Source: Corynebacterium glutamicum ATCC 13032 (GTDB lineage: Bacteria > Actinomycetota > Actinomycetes > Mycobacteriales > Mycobacteriaceae). Taken from it: 32,000 nt of DNA. The stretch covers positions 2,040,001 to 2,072,000 of the forward strand of contig NC_003450.3 in the NCBI RefSeq assembly GCF_000011325.1, in the 5' to 3' direction. A program made the position numbers and the translations under genes. The notes under the pieces are model-generated. The model did not search any database. It saw nothing but the letters and a program-made list of their open reading frames with translations, and was not told where the DNA came from. Shown here piece by piece: positions 1-7,316 of the stretch; position 1 is the stretch's first letter, and every line of letters starts with the position of its first letter.

Positions 1-1321
1 GGTGAGGCATGATCTTGTCTGCCATCAGGGATGCTGCTGGAACTTCGATCATGGCGCCGGCGATTAGGCCACGCTCACGGCACATGTCAGCAAACCACTT
101 TGCTTCATAAGCGGTAGCCACCATTGGAGCCATAACCCAGGTTGGGGCGTCGTCGCCACGGCCGAGTTCTTCGCTGGCCTTCGCAATTGCGTCGAGCTGG
201 CGAGTCAGCAGATCAACCTGTCCACGTGCGATACGCAGGCCACGAACACCCAGTGCTGGGTTCATCTCATCAGCCATCGATGCGAATGGAACTGGCTTGT
301 CAGAACCTGCGTCGAGGGAGCGGACAACGACCTTGGACTCTGGGAATGCTTCAAGCACCTTTGAGTAGACCGCAGCCTGCTCATCAACGCTTGGCTCTTC
401 GGTGGCGGAAAGGAAGCACAGTTCGGTGCGGAACAGGCCGATGCCTTCTGCTTCGGTCTGTGCAGCCTGCTGTGCAGAGTTGCCGTCTTGGACGTTGGCC
501 AACAGCTGAACGCGGTAGCCGTCCTTGGTTTGTGCAGGACCCTTCCACTCGGCGATGCGAGCAGCGCGCTCGAGGGACTCGGAGACGAGCTTGGTTGCTT
601 CAGCTTCGTCCGCGTTGCGGTCAATGGTGCCGAGGCTGCCGTCGATAAGCACCTTTTCGCCGGACTTGATGTCCTTGATGCCGGCGCCGGATGCGACGAT
701 GCAAGGCACGTTGAGCTGGCGTGCGATGATCGCGGTGTGGCTCGTTGGGCCACCCAGCTCAGTGACAAGTCCCACAAAGAGATCTGTGTCTAGTGCCGCG
801 GTGTCTGCTGGGGAGAGGTCATCTGCAAAGAGAATGACCTGTCCGGAAACAGCTGGCAGACCTGGCTCTTCATCGCCACGAAGTTCTGCGATGACGCGGT
901 CGCGGATGTCGCGCAAGTCTGTGGTGCGCTCCGCGATCAGGCCGCCTGCGGCTTCGAACATGGAGATGAACTTGGTTGTTGCTGCAACCACGGCGTATTC
1001 CGCAGGGTGACCACCCTTGACACCCTTGATGACAGCCTTACGCCAGCCACGGTCATTGACCATGCCAGCAGTAGCTTTAAGCACCTCAGCTGCTGGTCCT
1101 TCAGCAGCTTCGGAGCGCTCAAGCAAACGAGAAGAGACTGTGGCTGCAGCGGCGTCGAAACGCTCCTGCTCTGCTTCACGGTTTTCTTCGGCGACGACTT
1201 CGCCTGCTTGGGGTAGTTCGGGGCGTGGGGTAATCCACACCGCGCTTGCATAACGGACTCCACCGACAACGCCGGTGCCCTTCAGTACAGTGTCTTGATT
1301 CACATCAGCCACAGTAGCCAC
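1..1321 (-). CDS. ptsI: PTS Enzyme I (phosphoenolpyruvate-protein phosphotransferase), N-terminal ~440 codons; 3' end lies beyond base 1
   Basis: The ORF is absent from the track because it has no stop inside the window. Reverse complement from GTG at 1321 reads VATVADVNQDTVLKGTGVVGGVRYASAVWITPRPELPQAGEVVAEENREAEQERF. In the same frame I read ELGGPTSHTAIIA (758-720, phospho-His motif) and QTEAEGIGLFRTE (460-422, PEP-utiliser motif). It is divergent from fruR. Confidence 0.95.
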   Translation of the reverse strand, partial: MATVADVNQDTVLKGTGVVGGVRYASAVWITPRPELPQAGEVVAEENREAEQERFDAAAATVSSRLLERSEAAEGPAAEVLKATAGMVNDRGWRKAVIKGVKGGHPAEYAVVAATTKFISMFEAAGGLIAERTTDLRDIRDRVIAELRGDEEPGLPAVSGQVILFADDLSPADTAALDTDLFVGLVTELGGPTSHTAIIARQLNVPCIVASGAGIKDIKSGEKVLIDGSLGTIDRNADEAEATKLVSESLERAARIAEWKGPAQTKDGYRVQLLANVQDGNSAQQAAQTEAEGIGLFRTELCFLSATEEPSVDEQAAVYSKVLEAFPESKVVVRSLDAGSDKPVPFASMADEMNPALGVRGLRIARGQVDLLTRQLDAIAKASEELGRGDDAPTWVMAPMVATAYEAKWFADMCRERGLIAGAMIEVPAASLMADKIMPH

Positions 1322-1560
1322 CCATCCTCACAATCATTGAGTTAATTTCCTCAAGATCACCACAAAACCAACAGTTGTGCAACTATTCAAACATTTGGAT
1401 ATTGACAAACAAACACATATCAACATAGCGTGTTGTTAAGCGATCACCATATTTCATACGTTGAGACCATCGTCACAAGTTGATATTCCACCAGCTTATC
1501 AATGCATTTGAAGGAGATTTAACACCTTCTCCATCATAGTGACTGAGGCCACATCATGTG

Positions 1561-1674
1561 TTTTCCGCTCGATTTATTTTAGATTTTCCGCTTTAACCAG
1601 CACTTTTAATAACTTCATACGGTTCTTCCACAATCGGAACCAAAACAACACTGGTCAAAAACCAGTTTCCCGCT
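1561..1674 (+). promoter_or_regulatory. Three copies of a TTTTCCGCT-like direct repeat in the ptsI-fruR divergent control region; candidate DeoR-type (FruR/SugR) operator
   Basis: ttttccgct occurs at 1561-1569 and 1584-1592 (identical, 23 bp apart), with a degenerate copy tttcccgct at 1666-1674. All lie 50-170 bp upstream of the fruR ATG (1728). DeoR-family regulators typically bind direct repeats. The assignment is inference only. Confidence 0.3.
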
Positions 1675-1727
1675 TGAACAAAATTTCTTCCACGTCAACA
1701 CCAACTCCAACATCAGCGAGGTTAAGC

Positions 1728-2522
1728 ATGGTCAGCCAAACGGAAAGACAGCATGCAATTGCTTCTTTACTGGCACCAACTGGTGCGGTGTCTGTAGGAG
1801 ATTTAGCCGAGCATTTCCATGTGACAACCGAAACAGTGCGACGTGATCTTCGGATCATGGAGTCACTGGGTTTGTTGCAACGAGTTCACGGTGGCGCCAT
1901 TAGCCCAGAGCCCATGGGTACGTCTCCCCCTCGGCTGAAACCTGCCTTGGGTAAAGGAATGCCACCGGAACCCCGTGTTTTAGAACTTGCAGAAACTGCA
2001 GTTTCCCTCATCACACCTCTAGCACGCAGCATTTTCCTGGATTCAGGTTTAGCGTGCACGGCGATTGCCACGGTGTTGGGGGATCCTCCAGAAGATGCCA
2101 GGTGGACTGTTGTTACAAGTTCCCCCGGCGCTGTGATTGCCTTGTCCGCGACAGATGCCACCTCCACGGTGGTGCTGCACGGGCAGGTTCACGGTAATTG
2201 TTCTTCAATCATTGGGTCCACGGCAGTAGACATGATTTCGCAGTTGCGCGCTGATATCGCCTTCGTGGAGGTTGATGCGATTCAATCCGATACAAGTCTG
2301 TGCACGTTTTTCCCGGAGACGATTCCCATCAAGCAAGCCATGATCAAAAACGCGGCTTTCACAGTTGCTGTTCTCAGCCCGAGATCTCCCCAAGATCAAG
2401 AACTTCAACTTTTGAAGCACCCTTTTTCCACCTTGGCTGATTTTGATGCCCTTGTTACCGATGACCACACGCTAGATTTTCCAGTTTTGCCCGACCACAA
2501 CTTTCAGGTGGTAACCCCATGA
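1728..2522 (+). CDS. fruR: DeoR-family transcriptional regulator of the fructose-PTS operon
   Basis: MVSQTERQHAIASLLAPTGAVSVGDLAEHFHVTTETVRRDLRIMESLGLLQRVHGGA is a DeoR N-terminal wHTH, followed by a DeoR C-terminal sensor-like region. I chose ATG 1728 (gcgagg SD-like sequence 7-12 nt upstream) over the track start at 1539, whose extra 63 aa are low-complexity and overlap promoter repeats. The stop overlaps the pfkB start (ATGA). Confidence 0.9.
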   Translation: MVSQTERQHAIASLLAPTGAVSVGDLAEHFHVTTETVRRDLRIMESLGLLQRVHGGAISPEPMGTSPPRLKPALGKGMPPEPRVLELAETAVSLITPLARSIFLDSGLACTAIATVLGDPPEDARWTVVTSSPGAVIALSATDATSTVVLHGQVHGNCSSIIGSTAVDMISQLRADIAFVEVDAIQSDTSLCTFFPETIPIKQAMIKNAAFTVAVLSPRSPQDQELQLLKHPFSTLADFDALVTDDHTLDFPVLPDHNFQVVTP

Positions 2523-3511
2523 TCATCACATTCACCCCAAACCCGAGTATTGATTCCACGCTGTCGCTCGGCGAAGAGCTCTCCCGTGGATCCGTCCAAC
2601 GACTTGATTCCGTCACCGCTGTCGCAGGTGGTAAAGGCATCAATGTCGCCCACGCTGTCTTGCTTGCGGGCTTTGAAACCTTGGCTGTGTTCCCAGCCGG
2701 CAAGCTCGACCCCTTCGTCCCACTGGTCCGCGACATCGGCTTGCCCGTGGAAACTGTTGTGATCAACAAGAACGTCCGCACCAACACCACAGTCACCGAA
2801 CCGGACGGCACCACCACCAAGCTCAACGGCCCCGGCGCGCCGCTCAGCGAGCAGAAGCTCCGTAGCTTGGAAAAGGTGCTTATCGACGCGCTCCGCCCCG
2901 AAGTCACCTGGGTTGTCCTGGCGGGCTCGCTGCCACCAGGGGCACCAGTTGACTGGTACGCGCGTCTCACCGCGTTGATCCATTCAGCACGCCCTGACGT
3001 TCGCGTGGCTGTCGATACCTCAGACAAGCCACTGATGGCGTTGGGCGAGAGCTTGGATACACCTGGCGCTGCTCCGAACCTGATTAAGCCAAATGGTCTG
3101 GAACTGGGCCAGCTGGCTAACACTGATGGTGAAGAGCTGGAGGCGCGTGCTGCGCAAGGCGATTACGACGCCATCATCGCAGCTGCGGACGTACTGGTTA
3201 ACCGTGGCATCGAACAGGTGCTTGTCACCTTGGGTGCCGCAGGAGCGGTGTTGGTCAACGCAGAAGGTGCGTGGACTGCTACTTCTCCAAAGATTGATGT
3301 TGTATCCACCGTTGGAGCTGGAGACTGTGCTCTTGCAGGTTTTGTTATGGCACGTTCCCAGAAGAAAACACTGGAGGAATCTCTGCTGAATGCCGTGTCT
3401 TACGGCTCGACTGCGGCGTCTCTTCCTGGCACTACCATTCCTCGTCCTGACCAACTCGCCACAGCTGGTGCAACGGTCACCCAAGTCAAAGGATTGAAAG
3501 AATCAGCATGA
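2519..3511 (+). CDS. pfkB: 1-phosphofructokinase (PfkB/ribokinase family)
   Basis: MIITFTPNPSIDSTLSLGEELSRGSVQRLDSVTAVAGGKGINVAHAV is the typical FruK N-terminus, and GAGDCALAG is the C-terminal PfkB signature. ATGA overlaps couple it to both fruR and ptsF. Confidence 0.93.
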   Translation: MIITFTPNPSIDSTLSLGEELSRGSVQRLDSVTAVAGGKGINVAHAVLLAGFETLAVFPAGKLDPFVPLVRDIGLPVETVVINKNVRTNTTVTEPDGTTTKLNGPGAPLSEQKLRSLEKVLIDALRPEVTWVVLAGSLPPGAPVDWYARLTALIHSARPDVRVAVDTSDKPLMALGESLDTPGAAPNLIKPNGLELGQLANTDGEELEARAAQGDYDAIIAAADVLVNRGIEQVLVTLGAAGAVLVNAEGAWTATSPKIDVVSTVGAGDCALAGFVMARSQKKTLEESLLNAVSYGSTAASLPGTTIPRPDQLATAGATVTQVKGLKESA

Positions 3512-5574
3512 ATAGCGTAAATAATTCCTCGCTTGTCCGGCTGGATGTCGATTTCGGCGACTCCACCACGGATGTCATCAACAACCTTGCCACTGTTATT
3601 TTCGACGCTGGCCGAGCTTCCTCCGCCGACGCCCTTGCCAAAGACGCGCTGGATCGTGAAGCAAAGTCCGGCACCGGCGTTCCTGGTCAAGTTGCTATCC
3701 CCCACTGCCGTTCCGAAGCCGTATCTGTCCCTACCTTGGGCTTTGCTCGCCTGAGCAAGGGTGTGGACTTCAGCGGACCTGATGGCGATGCCAACTTGGT
3801 GTTCCTCATTGCAGCACCTGCTGGCGGCGGCAAAGAGCACCTGAAGATCCTGTCCAAGCTTGCTCGCTCCTTGGTGAAGAAGGATTTCATCAAGGCTCTG
3901 CAGGAAGCCACCACCGAGCAGGAAATCGTCGACGTTGTCGATGCCGTGCTCAACCCAGCACCAAAAACCACCGAGCCAGCTGCAGCTCCGGCTGCGGCGG
4001 CGGTTGCTGAGAGTGGGGCGGCGTCGACAAGCGTTACTCGTATCGTGGCAATCACCGCATGCCCAACCGGTATCGCACACACCTACATGGCTGCGGATTC
4101 CCTGACGCAAAACGCGGAAGGCCGCGATGATGTGGAACTCGTTGTGGAGACTCAGGGCTCTTCCGCTGTCACCCCAGTCGATCCGAAGATCATCGAAGCT
4201 GCCGACGCCGTCATCTTCGCCACCGACGTGGGAGTTAAAGACCGCGAGCGTTTCGCTGGCAAGCCAGTCATTGAATCCGGCGTCAAGCGCGCGATCAATG
4301 AGCCAGCCAAGATGATCGACGAGGCCATCGCAGCCTCCAAGAACCCAAACGCCCGCAAGGTTTCCGGTTCCGGTGTCGCGGCATCTGCTGAAACCACCGG
4401 CGAGAAGCTCGGCTGGGGCAAGCGCATCCAGCAGGCAGTCATGACCGGCGTGTCCTACATGGTTCCATTCGTAGCTGCCGGCGGCCTCCTGTTGGCTCTC
4501 GGCTTCGCATTCGGTGGATACGACATGGCGAACGGCTGGCAAGCAATCGCCACCCAGTTCTCTCTGACCAACCTGCCAGGCAACACCGTCGATGTTGACG
4601 GCGTGGCCATGACCTTCGAGCGTTCAGGCTTCCTGTTGTACTTCGGCGCAGTCCTGTTCGCCACCGGCCAAGCAGCCATGGGCTTCATCGTGGCAGCCCT
4701 GTCTGGCTACACCGCATACGCACTTGCTGGACGCCCAGGCATCGCGCCGGGCTTCGTCGGTGGCGCCATCTCCGTCACCATCGGCGCTGGCTTCATTGGT
4801 GGTCTGGTTACCGGTATCTTGGCTGGTCTCATTGCCCTGTGGATTGGCTCCTGGAAGGTGCCACGCGTGGTGCAGTCACTGATGCCTGTGGTCATCATCC
4901 CGCTACTTACCTCAGTGGTTGTTGGTCTCGTCATGTACCTCCTGCTGGGTCGCCCACTCGCATCCATCATGACTGGTTTGCAGGACTGGCTATCGTCAAT
5001 GTCCGGAAGCTCCGCCATCTTGCTGGGTATCATCTTGGGCCTCATGATGTGTTTCGACCTCGGCGGACCAGTAAACAAGGCAGCCTACCTCTTTGGTACC
5101 GCAGGCCTGTCTACCGGCGACCAAGCTTCCATGGAAATCATGGCCGCGATCATGGCAGCTGGCATGGTCCCACCAATCGCGTTGTCCATTGCTACCCTGC
5201 TGCGCAAGAAGCTGTTCACCCCAGCAGAGCAAGAAAACGGCAAGTCTTCCTGGCTGCTTGGCCTGGCATTCGTCTCCGAAGGTGCCATCCCATTCGCCGC
5301 AGCTGACCCATTCCGTGTGATCCCAGCAATGATGGCTGGCGGTGCAACCACTGGTGCAATCTCCATGGCACTGGGCGTCGGCTCTCGGGCTCCACACGGC
5401 GGTATCTTCGTGGTCTGGGCAATCGAACCATGGTGGGGCTGGCTCATCGCACTTGCAGCAGGCACCATCGTGTCCACCATCGTTGTCATCGCACTGAAGC
5501 AGTTCTGGCCAAACAAGGCCGTCGCTGCAGAAGTCGCGAAGCAAGAAGCACAACAAGCAGCTGTAAACGCATAA
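3508..5574 (+). CDS. ptsF: Fructose-specific PTS enzyme IIABC
   Basis: The N-terminus is an EIIA(Fru/Mtl-type) domain (GQVAIPHCRSEAV). An Ala/Pro linker follows (PAPKTTEPAAAPAAAAVAESGAAS), then an EIIB motif VAITACPTGIAHTYMAA, then a ~350-aa polytopic EIIC domain. Confidence 0.95.
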   Translation: MNSVNNSSLVRLDVDFGDSTTDVINNLATVIFDAGRASSADALAKDALDREAKSGTGVPGQVAIPHCRSEAVSVPTLGFARLSKGVDFSGPDGDANLVFLIAAPAGGGKEHLKILSKLARSLVKKDFIKALQEATTEQEIVDVVDAVLNPAPKTTEPAAAPAAAAVAESGAASTSVTRIVAITACPTGIAHTYMAADSLTQNAEGRDDVELVVETQGSSAVTPVDPKIIEAADAVIFATDVGVKDRERFAGKPVIESGVKRAINEPAKMIDEAIAASKNPNARKVSGSGVAASAETTGEKLGWGKRIQQAVMTGVSYMVPFVAAGGLLLALGFAFGGYDMANGWQAIATQFSLTNLPGNTVDVDGVAMTFERSGFLLYFGAVLFATGQAAMGFIVAALSGYTAYALAGRPGIAPGFVGGAISVTIGAGFIGGLVTGILAGLIALWIGSWKVPRVVQSLMPVVIIPLLTSVVVGLVMYLLLGRPLASIMTGLQDWLSSMSGSSAILLGIILGLMMCFDLGGPVNKAAYLFGTAGLSTGDQASMEIMAAIMAAGMVPPIALSIATLLRKKLFTPAEQENGKSSWLLGLAFVSEGAIPFAAADPFRVIPAMMAGGATTGAISMALGVGSRAPHGGIFVVWAIEPWWGWLIALAAGTIVSTIVVIALKQFWPNKAVAAEVAKQEAQQAAVNA

Positions 5575-5597
5575 TCGGACCTTGACCCGATGTCTGG

Positions 5598-5644
5598 TCG
5601 GACATTGTTTTTGCTTCCGGTAACGTGGCAAAACGAACAATGTC
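5598..5644 (+). other. Imperfect stem-loop in the ptsF-ptsH spacer that includes a TCGGACA motif
   Basis: gacattgtt (5601-5609) is the exact reverse complement of aacaatgtc (5636-5644). An inner ttttgc/gcaaaa pairing forms with a bulge. TCGGACA at 5598-5604 resembles the SugR-type motif as I recall it. Confidence 0.35.
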
Positions 5645-5761
5645 TCACTAGACTAAAGTGAGATCGACATTAAATCCCCTCCCTTGGGGGGTTTAACTAA
5701 CAAATCGCTGCGCCCTAATCCGTTCGGATTAACGGCGTAGCAACACGAAAGGACACTTTCC

Positions 5762-6031
5762 ATGGCTTCCAAGACTGTAACCGTCGGTTCCTCCGTTGGC
5801 CTGCACGCACGTCCAGCATCCATCATCGCTGAAGCGGCTGCTGAGTACGACGACGAAATCTTGCTGACCCTGGTTGGCTCCGATGATGACGAAGAGACCG
5901 ACGCGTCCTCTTCCCTCATGATCATGGCGCTGGGCGCAGAGCACGGCAACGAAGTTACCGTCACCTCCGACAACGCTGAAGCTGTTGAGAAGATCGCTGC
6001 GCTTATCGCACAGGACCTTGACGCTGAGTAA
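5762..6031 (+). CDS. ptsH: Phosphocarrier protein HPr
   Basis: The 89-aa product MASKTVTVGSSVGLHARPASIIAEAA carries the His-15 active-site motif GLHARPA. The SD gaaagga lies 8 nt upstream. Confidence 0.96.
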   Translation: MASKTVTVGSSVGLHARPASIIAEAAAEYDDEILLTLVGSDDDEETDASSSLMIMALGAEHGNEVTVTSDNAEAVEKIAALIAQDLDAE

Positions 6032-6074
6032 ACAACGCTCTGCTTGTTAAAAGCTCGTTAGAAGCTTGTTAAAA

Positions 6075-6120
6075 GCGGTGCCGCATCCGATTTGGATGTG
6101 GTACCGCCTTTTGCTTTTGT
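6075..6120 (+). terminator. Rho-independent terminator of ptsH
   Basis: gcggtgccgcatcc (6075-6088) pairs with ggatgtggtaccgc (6094-6107), including two G:U pairs, around a 5-nt loop. The tail is cttttgcttttgt. Confidence 0.8.
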
Positions 6121-6280
6121 GGGTTTGATTGTTTTTAGTTGTTTTTGTGTGCCCGATAGTGTGATTGATGCATGATGCTCTGTGTGCCGATTTGCGGGCC
6201 TAGAAATCCCCGATGGGTAACATGTGAGGGATTCGTGCATTCAAGGCCTGAGAAGCGATTCTGAGCGGGCTAAATTTCCG

Positions 6281-6470
6281 GGCTTTGAGGCAGGTTGCTA
6301 CAGCAACCAAACGAGAGTGCCCACGGATCTCGAAATCGAGTTTCGTGGGCAGCTGTGACCGGTTTTGAGGCCTGTAAACCAGACAGGAATGCCCACGGGT
6401 CCTCTTTTCGAGGTCCGTGGGCAGTGTGGGCTGGTTTTGCCCAGTCTCCAGGGTCGAAGTGCTTCGACCA
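6281..6470. repeat. Degenerate ~70-80 bp tandem units, each carrying a hairpin (TGCCCACGG...CCGTGGGCA type)
   Basis: Unit 1 (6281-6360) starts ggctttgagg and contains hairpin tgcccacg...cgtgggca (6318-6351). Unit 2 (6361-6432) starts ggttttgagg and contains hairpin tgcccacgg...ccgtgggca (6390-6423). Unit 3 starts ggttttgccc (6433) and contains the palindrome ggtcgaag-tg-cttcgacc (6452-6469). Both long hairpins are followed by G(c)TGTG..GGTTTTG. Confidence 0.7.
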
Positions 6471-6532
6471 CCCCTCATGTTGGCAGCTCACCGTTAGATC
6501 TGGGCCCTCGGGTTAATTCCCTTAACCTCGTT

Positions 6533-6599
6533 GTACTTTCGACACCAAGATTTCCTGGTTTTGGCCATCATTTTGCCGAAATCTTGGTGCCGAAAGTAC
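6533..6599. repeat. 22-bp inverted repeat (21/22 match) with a 23-nt spacer
   Basis: The reverse complement of gtactttcgacaccaagatttc (6533-6554) is gaaatcttggtgtcgaaagtac. The right arm at 6578-6599 reads gaaatcttggtgccgaaagtac, one mismatch. Confidence 0.75.
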
Positions 6600-6649
6600 A
6601 GAAGTAAGTACAGCCTCCAAAAAAGGACCCACCCACTCCCCCAAATAAG

Positions 6650-6694
6650 AAAAATCCCCTACCCCAACGCGGATCAAAGCGTAGGGATAGGGGA
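6650..6694 (-). terminator. Probable rho-independent terminator of the GyrI-like gene
   Basis: On the minus strand cccctatccctacgc-tttgatcc-gcgttggggtagggg forms a 15-bp stem with 2 mismatches. It is followed by attttt and starts 17 nt after the stop at 6711. Confidence 0.6.
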
Positions 6695-6710
6695 AATTCC
6701 GGGTGAATCT

Positions 6711-7238
6711 TTATGCAGACTTCACCGGTGCTTGGCACACCTGAACATAAACTTCAGAGGCCAGTTGGTCGCAGGTATCAGCGGTGGCTGGGCCCTCGAT
6801 GTATTCTTCCCAACCGATGCTGCTGGATGGCAGAGTGCATCCGAGGTCTTCGACTTCATCGAGGATTTCGTCCCAGACGCGCTCGACTCCATCGAAGGGG
6901 CCGGAGTGGCGGCTGTGCATGGTTTTCATGTCGCGGAAGTGGTGGAGGACAACGTCATCGATGTCGCCACCGGATTGGCTCAATGCGCCGCGGCGCAGGG
7001 ATTCTGCTTGCGCGGGGCTGACGGGGAAACCAATCAGGATGTCTACGGTGTCAGAGACATCGCCAAAGTAGTAGGCGCGGGCAGGACCTTTAGGTTCGAT
7101 GCCTTCTAGGCGGAGGAATTTCTTTACTTCCGCGTAGCCGCGTTTAAAGAGCTCAGGGAGATCCTCAGAGGAAAGGATTACCCGGATGCCCACGACGTCG
7201 TGAGCAGGGATCTTCTCAAACTGGGTATCAACGATCAA
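6711..7238 (-). CDS. GyrI-like / AraC-effector-binding-domain (SOUL-type) small-molecule-binding protein
   Basis: (M)IVDTQFEKIPAHDVVGIRVILSSEDLPELFKRGYAEVKKFLRLEGIEPKGPARAYYFGD...GWEEYIEGP shows a beta-alpha-beta-beta duplication typical of GyrI-like domains. I chose the TTG at 7238 (aggaaa 7 nt upstream) because the longer track ORF (to 7295) would run through a terminator-like hairpin at 7269-7291. The family call is by eye. Confidence 0.6.
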   Translation of the reverse strand: MIVDTQFEKIPAHDVVGIRVILSSEDLPELFKRGYAEVKKFLRLEGIEPKGPARAYYFGDVSDTVDILIGFPVSPAQAESLRRGALSQSGGDIDDVVLHHFRDMKTMHSRHSGPFDGVERVWDEILDEVEDLGCTLPSSSIGWEEYIEGPATADTCDQLASEVYVQVCQAPVKSA

Positions 7239-7268
7239 GGTAGTTTTCCTATACAGAAATGAACACGT

Positions 7269-7291
7269 CCCGCACGCGGAAACCGTGCGGG
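7269..7291 (-). terminator. Stem-loop between the permease and the GyrI-like gene (terminator or attenuator)
   Basis: cccgcacg (7269-7276) and cgtgcggg (7284-7291) form a perfect 8-bp GC-rich stem with a 7-nt loop. The minus-strand tail acgtgttcatttctg is only moderately T-rich. Confidence 0.45.
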
Positions 7292-7316
7292 CCAAGCTGC
7301 ATACTTTAGCAGCGTA

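Noticed and set aside
1539-1727. The N-terminal extension of fruR (track ORF starts at GTG 1539).
   Set aside because: The extra 63 residues are low-complexity (STSTPTPTS, FRFSALTSTF) and run across AT-rich promoter DNA and the 9-bp repeats. The DeoR wHTH begins right after the ATG at 1728, which has an SD-like gcgagg.
6533-6599. Possible insertion sequence or MITE with terminal inverted repeats.
   Set aside because: Only 23 nt separate the arms, so there is no room for a transposase. I see no flanking target-site duplication. It is kept as a structural repeat finding, not called a mobile element.
6058-6607. Five mutually overlapping 60-92-aa ORFs in the ptsH-downstream gap.
   Set aside because: They overlap in multiple frames and strands and are built from the tandem/hairpin repeats. 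None has an SD or coding-like composition. The repeat structure explains the sequence better than coding does.
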